Source: Candidatus Scatovivens sp. (GTDB taxonomy: Bacteria; Bacillota; Clostridia; TANB77; CAG-508). From it: a stretch of DNA of 64,000 nucleotides. The translations under genes and the position numbers were made by a program. Below are positions 48,979-56,432 of the stretch, one piece after another. The stretch is from contig JAZRKN010000009.1 of the NCBI GenBank assembly GCA_045646345.1, forward strand, positions 19,599 through 83,598, written 5' to 3'. The number at the start of each line of letters is the position of its first letter. Position 1 is the stretch's first letter. Under the pieces are notes generated by a model. That model was not told the origin of the DNA. It made no database searches and saw only the letters and a program-made list of their open reading frames with translations.

Positions 48979-50046
48979 ATGAGATTATCAGCACAGCAAA
49001 ATGAAAACTTAAATGAAAAGAAAAATTATAAAATTATAGCAGTAGACGATGAGATTGGAATCATAGATTCTTTATCTGTATTTTTAAGACATTCAGGATA
49101 TACATTAGTTGGATGTACAGATCCTTATGAAGCTATTGAAAAAGTTAAAAATGAAAAATATGATTTGATGCTATTAGACTTTATGATGTCACCAATTCAT
49201 GGAGATACTGTTGTTGAAGAAATTAGAAAATTTAATAAAGAATTATATATAATTTTATTAACTGGTCACAAAGACTTAGTACCACCACTTGAAACTATTA
49301 AAAGATTATCTATTCAAGCATATTGTGAAAAAGAGGATAAATTTGATCAATTATTATTGCTTATAGAATCTGCATTTAAATCAATAGAACAAATGCAAAC
49401 AATAAAAGAAATGAATGAAGAATTAAAAGCTTCAAAAGAAAAAATTGAAAAAGCATATTTAGAAACAATCCAAATGTTAAGATATACAGTTGAAGCAAAA
49501 GATACTTATATAAGAGGACATTCTGATAGAGTTTCTGCATATTCTGTTTTAATAGGACAAGAACTGGGTCTTTATGATAAGGATATTGCAACTTTGAGAA
49601 TAGGTGGACTTTTCCATGACATTGGTAAAATAGGAATATCAGATACCATTTTATTAAAACCATCAAAGTTAACTGAAGAAGAATATAGCGAACTAAAAAA
49701 ACATCCATCTATTGGAAAACAAATTGTATCAACATCTTCGATTTTTAGAGATATTGTTCCAATTATTTATTCTCATCATGAAAGATTTGATGGTAATGGG
49801 TATCCACAAAAATTAAAAGGAGATCAAATTTCATTTTTGGCAAGAATCGTGAGTGTTGCCGATGCATTTGATGCAATGACTTCAAGACGTTCTTATAGAG
49901 ATGAGATGGATTTAGAATATGTTACAAATCAAATAAGAGAAGGTGCGGGAACACAATTTGATCCAGAAGTTGCAAATGTAATGCTAAATATATTAACAAA
50001 TAAATTAGATAAAATAAACGAAATAAGAAGTAAATTTCCTTGCTAG
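48979..50046 (+). CDS. Response regulator with receiver domain and HD-GYP phosphodiesterase output (RpfG-like)
   Basis: REC domain (IIAVDDE...LMLLDFMM); HD-GYP motifs HSDRVSAYS, LFHDIGKIGI, HHERFDGNGYP; ORF track starts at 48964 but ATG 48979 has the GGAGG RBS. Confidence 0.8.
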   Translation: MRLSAQQNENLNEKKNYKIIAVDDEIGIIDSLSVFLRHSGYTLVGCTDPYEAIEKVKNEKYDLMLLDFMMSPIHGDTVVEEIRKFNKELYIILLTGHKDLVPPLETIKRLSIQAYCEKEDKFDQLLLLIESAFKSIEQMQTIKEMNEELKASKEKIEKAYLETIQMLRYTVEAKDTYIRGHSDRVSAYSVLIGQELGLYDKDIATLRIGGLFHDIGKIGISDTILLKPSKLTEEEYSELKKHPSIGKQIVSTSSIFRDIVPIIYSHHERFDGNGYPQKLKGDQISFLARIVSVADAFDAMTSRRSYRDEMDLEYVTNQIREGAGTQFDPEVANVMLNILTNKLDKINEIRSKFPC

Positions 50047-50077
50047 ATAAATACAAAAATAATATAAGAAATAAGAG

Positions 50078-50108
50078 TATAACCGAAAAAATATACTCTT
50101 ATTTTTTA
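50078..50108 (+). terminator. Rho-independent terminator after the response regulator
   Basis: aagagtata...tatactctt hairpin followed by ATTTTTT. Confidence 0.7.
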
Positions 50109-50174
50109 TGTAATAAAATGTCAAAAAAAGTTATAAAAATGATAGGAATTAATTAATATTTTGCACTATTTTTC

Positions 50175-50203
50175 TTGTCTAAAAAAACACTATATGATAT
50201 AAT
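50175..50203 (+). promoter_or_regulatory. sigma-A-like promoter for the TPR gene
   Basis: TTGTCT (50175-50180), 17-nt spacer, TATAAT (50198-50203). Confidence 0.45.
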
Positions 50204-50257
50204 CATTGAGTACTATGAGAAGTATACAAACAAGGATGTAGAAGTGGAGAAAAAATT

Positions 50258-51565
50258 ATGCTTGAAAAATTAATTTTTAGTTTGCTTGCATGTTCATTAT
50301 TTATAATAATCTTTTTCAAGATAATCAGAAGAAATGATGCGAACTATATAATTCTATTAGTATTACAAGCTATAGGAATAACAGTTAGTTTTATTGAAAT
50401 AAAGCTAAGAATAGGAGAAAATGCATTTTGGGGAACGATAAGATATGTGTTTTCGATAATACTTCCATTAGCAATAATAATTATGGAATTAAAAGGTTTT
50501 AACTTTTCTGAATTGTTGAGTGTTACAGCAGCTAAGTTTTTTATGATGATAGGTGATACTAAAACTGCCAAAACAATCTTGGTGAAACTTGTAACAAAAT
50601 ATCCAGAAAGTTATTTAGGACATAAATTACTTGCAGAATGTTATGAAAAAGAAGGCGGAATGAGAAGAGCAATTGATGAATATGTAACAGCAGTAGATAT
50701 AAATAAAAAAGATTATAAATCATATTTTAAAATAGCAGATTTATTAAGAGATTTAGGGAAAAAAGATGAAGCTATTCAGATGTTAGAGCATTTAGTAAAA
50801 ACAAAACCAGATTGTTATGAAGCTTCATGTTTGCTAGGAGAACTTCTTTGTGAACAAGAGAGATTTAAAGAAGCGGCGAATGTTTATAATGCAGCTTTAA
50901 TATATAATCCTGGGGCATTTGATTTGTATTACAATTTAGGAATTGTATACACGAGATTAAGTGATTTTCAAATGGCTAAAGAAATGTATGAAAAAGCAGC
51001 TGCGATAAACCATAAAATGTATGGTGCAAATTACAATTTAGGATTGATAGCATTTATTCAAAGAGATTATGATACAGCTGAAAAATATTTTGAAAACAGT
51101 TTATATGGTGAATTAGAAGCAATGTCTTATTATCAATTGGCTAAAATTTATGTTCAAAAAGGTGATAAAGATAAAGCTATAAATTTCTTGAATAAAGCAA
51201 TTGAAATAGAACCCAAACTTCTAAAACTTGCTGAGAAAGAAAAGAGTTTTGAAAAAATTAAAGAATATATAACTGTATCTGTAAAGATGGATGAAAAAGA
51301 AGATGTTGAAGAGTTAGAAAATGAAGAAGAAAAAGAAGAAAAATCTTTAATTTTAAAAGAACAAGAAGCAGAAGCGAGAAAATATTTAGAGTATACAGCT
51401 AGACTTGTTGAAGAAATGAGTGACGGGGTATCTAAACAAAAAATTGATGAAAAATTGGATTATATTTTTAATAAAGAAAAGAGAAAAAAAGAAATAGAAT
51501 TAGATTTTGAAAATAAAGAAATTAAAACTAAAGAAGAAAAATTAAAAGATCTAGGAAATAATTAA
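50258..51565 (+). CDS. Membrane-anchored tetratricopeptide (TPR) repeat protein
   Basis: 3 N-terminal TM helices, multiple TPR-like repeats (AxxYxxAL...YNLGIVY), acidic coiled-coil C-terminus. Confidence 0.65.
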   Translation: MLEKLIFSLLACSLFIIIFFKIIRRNDANYIILLVLQAIGITVSFIEIKLRIGENAFWGTIRYVFSIILPLAIIIMELKGFNFSELLSVTAAKFFMMIGDTKTAKTILVKLVTKYPESYLGHKLLAECYEKEGGMRRAIDEYVTAVDINKKDYKSYFKIADLLRDLGKKDEAIQMLEHLVKTKPDCYEASCLLGELLCEQERFKEAANVYNAALIYNPGAFDLYYNLGIVYTRLSDFQMAKEMYEKAAAINHKMYGANYNLGLIAFIQRDYDTAEKYFENSLYGELEAMSYYQLAKIYVQKGDKDKAINFLNKAIEIEPKLLKLAEKEKSFEKIKEYITVSVKMDEKEDVEELENEEEKEEKSLILKEQEAEARKYLEYTARLVEEMSDGVSKQKIDEKLDYIFNKEKRKKEIELDFENKEIKTKEEKLKDLGNN

Positions 51566-51621
51566 GAAAAGAAAATAATTTTAAGATACATAAGTTTAAA
51601 GAATAAAAAGAGAGGTAAAAG

Positions 51622-52494
51622 GTGAAATCTATGGAAAAATCAATAACAGTGGTTGGTGGAGATTTACGTATAGTAAAACTTATAGAAATGTTAGATAAAG
51701 ATGGCTATAAAGTATTTACTTATGGTTTAGAAAATTCAGAAGAATTATTAAATTTAGAAAGTGTTGAAATGTGTCCAACATTAGAAGAAGCGGTTAACAG
51801 TTCTAAGATTGTAGTTGGTCCTATTCCATTATCAAGTGATAGAAAAAGACTTTCAACACCATTTGGAAGAAATAGTGTTGAACTTACAGAATTTGTAGAT
51901 TGCTTAAAAGATAAATATTTAATTGCTGGAAATATTAATATCAGAGAAGAATTAGAGGCTAAAGGGGTTCAATTTACTGATTTATTAAAAAGAGAAGAAT
52001 TTTCAGTATTAAATACAATTGCGACTGCTGAAGGAACAATTCAAATAGCAATGGAAGAAACACAAAGAACAGTTCATGGTTCAAATGTACTTGTTATGGG
52101 ATTTGGTAGAATTGGTAAAGTTTTAGCAAAAATGTTAGATGGAATTGGCGCAAAAGTATACTGTGAAGCTAGAAAAAATGAAGATATTTCTTGGATTAAA
52201 GCTTATGGATATAATCCAGTTCATCTAAATGATTTAAATGAAAATTTAAATAAATTTGATATAATTATTAATACAATACCATTCCAAATTTTAGATGCTG
52301 AAAGACTAGATTTAATAAAAAAAGAATCAGTTATAATCGACTTGGCATCTAATCCTGGTGGTGTTGATAGAAAAGCGGCAAGAGAAAGAGGAATAAAAGT
52401 TATTTGGGCATTATCTTTGCCTGCTAAAGTAGCACCTTTAACATCTGCTGAGTTTATAAAAGAAACATTATATCATGTCTTAAAAGAATTATAA
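51622..52494 (+). CDS. dpaA: Dipicolinate synthase subunit A-like NAD(P)-binding protein (DpaA/SpoVFA family)
   Basis: ITVVGGDLRIVKLIEML N-terminal domain plus central Rossmann VLVMGFGRIGKVLAKML, as in SpoVFA; no dpaB follows. Confidence 0.5.
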   Translation: MKSMEKSITVVGGDLRIVKLIEMLDKDGYKVFTYGLENSEELLNLESVEMCPTLEEAVNSSKIVVGPIPLSSDRKRLSTPFGRNSVELTEFVDCLKDKYLIAGNINIREELEAKGVQFTDLLKREEFSVLNTIATAEGTIQIAMEETQRTVHGSNVLVMGFGRIGKVLAKMLDGIGAKVYCEARKNEDISWIKAYGYNPVHLNDLNENLNKFDIIINTIPFQILDAERLDLIKKESVIIDLASNPGGVDRKAARERGIKVIWALSLPAKVAPLTSAEFIKETLYHVLKEL

Positions 52495-52518
52495 AATATA
52501 AAAAAACGGAGGATAAAA

Positions 52519-53346
52519 ATGACTGTAATACAGGCGTTAATATTAGGTATAATACAAGGATTGACAGAATTATTGCCGGTTTCAAGTTCTGCACATTTAA
52601 ATGTTATTCCATGGATTTTTAATTGGACACAAAATGCCCAATTTGTAGAAGATTTTGGAGGTTCATTTGATGTAGCGCTTCATTTTGGAACATTAATAGC
52701 AATTGGTTTGTTTTTTATAAAAGATTGGTTAAAAATGATAAAAGCTGGTTTTAAACAAGTGTTTAAAAAAGAAGATTCAGTGGAAGGAAAAATGTTTTGG
52801 TATTTGGTGATTGCAACAATACCTGCTGGAATCTTGGCTTTAGTTTTAGATGAAGTTTCTGAAATGATTATAAATGGAAACTTTAAAGTAGAAATGGGAA
52901 TGATTGCTATAGCTTTAATTGTAATGGGGATAATTTTAGCAATAGTAGATAAGAAAGCTGAAAATAAAACTAAATATGAAGAAATAACATTTAAACAATC
53001 AATGTTAATTGGGCTTTCTCAAGCACTAGCTGCAGCTTTTCCTGGTGTATCTAGATCAGGGATCACAATGACTATTGCAAGAAGTTTAAAAATAGATAGA
53101 GAAAGTGCTGCAAAATTTTCATTTCTTTTATCAACACCTATAGTTGCAGCTGCAGTTTTAGTTGATATAACGGAATTTGCATTAATGTCAATTCCATTTT
53201 GGATTGGTGTTTTATCAAGTTTTATAGTAGGTTTGATAGTTGTGAAATTTTTAATGGATTATTTGAAAAAAGGTAGTTTTAAAATATTTGCAATATATAG
53301 AGTAATAGTTGGAGTTATAATATTAGGATTAATATTCATAAGATAA
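52519..53346 (+). CDS. uppP: Undecaprenyl-diphosphatase (BacA/UppP)
   Basis: LGIIQGLTELLPVSSSAHL signature and PGVSRSG motif. Confidence 0.9.
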   Translation: MTVIQALILGIIQGLTELLPVSSSAHLNVIPWIFNWTQNAQFVEDFGGSFDVALHFGTLIAIGLFFIKDWLKMIKAGFKQVFKKEDSVEGKMFWYLVIATIPAGILALVLDEVSEMIINGNFKVEMGMIAIALIVMGIILAIVDKKAENKTKYEEITFKQSMLIGLSQALAAAFPGVSRSGITMTIARSLKIDRESAAKFSFLLSTPIVAAAVLVDITEFALMSIPFWIGVLSSFIVGLIVVKFLMDYLKKGSFKIFAIYRVIVGVIILGLIFIR

Positions 53347-53361
53347 AAGGGGGAAATAAAT

Positions 53362-54033
53362 ATGGCACCTGGAAAACATTCGGCTGATTCTAAAGATTAT
53401 TATGAATCAGATTATAATTATTCACAAAATAGTTATGAAACAAATTATCAAAGACAAGAAGATTATGAAGATGACTATGATGACGCTGATTATGAAGAAG
53501 GATTTGGAAGAAGAAAAGCAATAATCTTAGGAGTGATAATAGGAATTCTTGTTGTAGTTGTTGCAATAATAGGTATTAATAGTAAGAAACAAGAAAATAT
53601 TGCTGCAAATAAAGTAGAGTCAGAAACAAGTGGTTTAATAGAAAAACACAATGGCTATGACGTATTAGGAAAAATTGTTATAGAAAAAATTGGTGTTGAT
53701 CAATATATTCTAGATTCAACTGAAGACAACGCTTTAGAAAGTGGAGTAATAAGACTTTACGGTGGAAGTTTAAATAATTATGGTAATTTTTGTATTGCAG
53801 GACACAATAAATCTGGAGTATTTGAAAAACTATCAGAAATGGAAGTTGGAGATTTATTTACAGTAATAGAACCAGATATGAAGGAAACAAAATATAAAAT
53901 TACAGAAATATACTCAGTTGAGGCAAATGACTTAAAATGTTTGCTTCAAGATGATGAAAAAATAGAAATAACATTAATTACATGTGAAAATGGATCAACA
54001 ACAAGATTAATTGTAAAAGCTGAAGAAGTATAA
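53362..54033 (+). CDS. Sortase (cysteine transpeptidase)
   Basis: Acidic cytoplasmic N-terminus, TM, catalytic His (CIAGHN), TLITCE active-site Cys motif, conserved Arg (RLIVKA). Confidence 0.8.
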   Translation: MAPGKHSADSKDYYESDYNYSQNSYETNYQRQEDYEDDYDDADYEEGFGRRKAIILGVIIGILVVVVAIIGINSKKQENIAANKVESETSGLIEKHNGYDVLGKIVIEKIGVDQYILDSTEDNALESGVIRLYGGSLNNYGNFCIAGHNKSGVFEKLSEMEVGDLFTVIEPDMKETKYKITEIYSVEANDLKCLLQDDEKIEITLITCENGSTTRLIVKAEEV

Positions 54034-54069
54034 TATTCAAAAGAAAATGTAAAAGAGGACGGTTGAAAA

Positions 54070-55344
54070 ATGAAAAAAGTATTATCACAAATTTCATTAA
54101 TTTTATTAGTAATAACACTTGGATTGGCATCTGTTTTTATAACTAACACATATGCAAGTTCAGCTGGAATAAAATGTCCTGCAAGCGTAAAAGAAGGAGA
54201 AGAATTTTCGGTTTCTCTAATATTTCCAGCAGGTCGTGAAATAACAGCAGCTCAAGCAAATGTAACAGTAACATATTCAGATGGAACTAAACAAACAGAT
54301 AAAATTGTATATACTGTAGATAAAGGTTTAAATTTAACAGTAGATACACCTGCTAAATTTAAAGCGAAAGTTGCGGGAAATGCTACTATATCTTTAACTG
54401 GTATATATATGTATGAAGGAGATGGCACTGCGATTGAAGAAGGGAAAAGTAAATCTCAAAGTTTAACTGTAATAGGAACAACTCCGCAACCAAATCCGAA
54501 CACAAATACATCTGGAGGTGGAACTAAACCAAATACTAATACAGCAACTTCTGGTAATACAACTAGTGGTGGAACAAAACCAGAAACAGGAAATACGACT
54601 GGAAGTGGTTCGAATACAGGAACAGGAAATACAACCGGTTCAGGAAATAAACCTTCAACAGATTCGAAAGAGCCTAAATTTACTGCGGTTAATGAAACTG
54701 TGTATACAACAAAAAAATGTAATTTGAGAAAAAGTTATTCTACAGAAAGTGATAAAGTTGCAGTAGTAGAAAAAGATACAAAATTAATAAGAAAAGCTAT
54801 TGGAGATAATGGATGGTCTAAAGTAGAATATGAAGGAAAAACAGTATATGTTGTTTCTGAATATTTAACTAAAGAAGAACCAAAAGAAGAAGTTGTCTTT
54901 AAAGATACACATGAGAATTTATATGCAAAACAAAGCTGTAATTTAAGAGCTAGCTGGAGTACAGATAGTGAAAAAGTAGGATATTTAGAAAAAGGACAAC
55001 CTGTTGAAAGAACTGGTTATGCTGATAATGGTTGGTCAAGAATATTATATGAAGGAAAAACTGTATATGTTGCATCAAGATTATTAGTTGTAGAAAAACC
55101 GGAAGATGATGAAGATGAAAATACAGTAGCCAACGAAGTTGTTAATAATAGTGTAGAAAATGAATCTATTATTGATGATCCAACACAAATGTCAGAAGAA
55201 GATAGATTAAAAGAAATACAAGAAGAAGTTGGTGTATTGCCAGAAGTTGGTACAAATGCAGCTAATATTGCTTATATGATTGTTACTTTAATAGCTGTAG
55301 CGGGACTTGTTGCTGTGATTATATATATCAAAAAAATTAAATAG
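54070..55344 (+). CDS. Cell-wall-anchored surface protein with two SH3b (SH3_3) domains and an LPEVG sorting signal
   Basis: Signal peptide; Ig-like N-domain; T/G/N-rich linker; two SH3b repeats (CNLRKSYSTESDKV...NGWSKVEYEGKTVYV); C-terminal LPEVG + hydrophobic + KKIK tail. Confidence 0.75.
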   Translation: MKKVLSQISLILLVITLGLASVFITNTYASSAGIKCPASVKEGEEFSVSLIFPAGREITAAQANVTVTYSDGTKQTDKIVYTVDKGLNLTVDTPAKFKAKVAGNATISLTGIYMYEGDGTAIEEGKSKSQSLTVIGTTPQPNPNTNTSGGGTKPNTNTATSGNTTSGGTKPETGNTTGSGSNTGTGNTTGSGNKPSTDSKEPKFTAVNETVYTTKKCNLRKSYSTESDKVAVVEKDTKLIRKAIGDNGWSKVEYEGKTVYVVSEYLTKEEPKEEVVFKDTHENLYAKQSCNLRASWSTDSEKVGYLEKGQPVERTGYADNGWSRILYEGKTVYVASRLLVVEKPEDDEDENTVANEVVNNSVENESIIDDPTQMSEEDRLKEIQEEVGVLPEVGTNAANIAYMIVTLIAVAGLVAVIIYIKKIK

Positions 55345-55349
55345 GAGGA

Positions 55350-56225
55350 TTGTTAGATTCTAACAAGGTAGAGAAAATGGCAGAAATAATTGATGGAAAA
55401 GAACTTGCAAAAAAAGTAAGAAAAGAGTTAAAAAAAGAAGTTGATGGATTAAAAGAAAAAGGTATTGTTCCAAAACTTGCAGTAATAATGGTTGGAAATG
55501 ATCCTGGATCAACCGTTTATGTAAGAAATAAATCGAAAGCTTGTGAAAAAGTTGGGATTGAATTTGAAGAATTTTTATTTGAAGAAACGATTTCAGAAGA
55601 ACTTCTATTAGAAACTATAGAAAAATTAAATCAAGATGATTCTGTTCATGGGATTTTATTACAATGTCCAGTTCCAAAACATATCGACGTAAATAAAGCT
55701 TTTAGAACAATTTCACCAAATAAGGATGTTGATGGTTTTAATCCAATAAATGTTGGAAACTTAACAATTGGAGAAGATGCATTTGTTTCTTGCACACCTT
55801 TTGGAGTAATAAAAATGTTAGAAGAATATAATATTGAAACAGAAGGAAAAAATGCAGTAATTCTTGGTAGAAGTAATATTGTAGGAAAACCAATGATTCA
55901 ATGTATGCTTAATAAGAACTCGACAGTTACAGTTTGCCATTCTAGAACAAAAGAAATTGGAGAAGTTATAAAAAGAGCAGATATTGTCATAGCAGCTATC
56001 GGAAAACCAAAATTTGTTAAAGCGGAAATGGTTAAAGATGGAGCTGTTGTTATAGATGTTGGTATAAATAGATTGGATGATGGTTCAATTTGCGGAGATG
56101 TTGATTATGATGCGATTTTTGAAAAAGCAAGTCATATAACTCCTGTTCCAGGTGGTGTTGGACCAATGACTATTGCAATGCTTTTGAACAATGTAGTTAA
56201 AGCGGCAAAATTAAAATTAAATTAA
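55350..56225 (+). CDS. folD: Bifunctional methylene-THF dehydrogenase / methenyl-THF cyclohydrolase
   Basis: IIDGK N-terminus, PVPGGVGPMT motif; the true start may be ATG at 55377. Confidence 0.9.
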   Translation: MLDSNKVEKMAEIIDGKELAKKVRKELKKEVDGLKEKGIVPKLAVIMVGNDPGSTVYVRNKSKACEKVGIEFEEFLFEETISEELLLETIEKLNQDDSVHGILLQCPVPKHIDVNKAFRTISPNKDVDGFNPINVGNLTIGEDAFVSCTPFGVIKMLEEYNIETEGKNAVILGRSNIVGKPMIQCMLNKNSTVTVCHSRTKEIGEVIKRADIVIAAIGKPKFVKAEMVKDGAVVIDVGINRLDDGSICGDVDYDAIFEKASHITPVPGGVGPMTIAMLLNNVVKAAKLKLN

Positions 56226-56235
56226 ATAAAAAAAT

Positions 56236-56267
56236 AAAAGAGCATAGAATTTTCTATGCTCTTTTTG
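56236..56267 (+). terminator. Rho-independent terminator after folD
   Basis: agagcatagaa / ttctatgctct hairpin followed by TTTTT. Confidence 0.75.
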
Positions 56268-56432
56268 AGTGCGACTTTTTGCTAGAGTAGACAATATTTT
56301 CGAGATTTTAAAAATAACAAAAAAATAACAAAAAAGACTTTATCTTTTTGCTAAATTGTAATATAATACATTTGTTAAAATAGTGAAAAAATGTGATTAT
56401 AAAATTATAATTTAAAAGACAAAGGAGGATTT

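Noticed and set aside
54518-54727. Plus-strand 69-aa ORF inside the LPEVG surface protein gene
   Set aside because: Alternative frame through the low-complexity T/G/N linker; the main frame carries signal peptide, SH3b domains and sorting signal.
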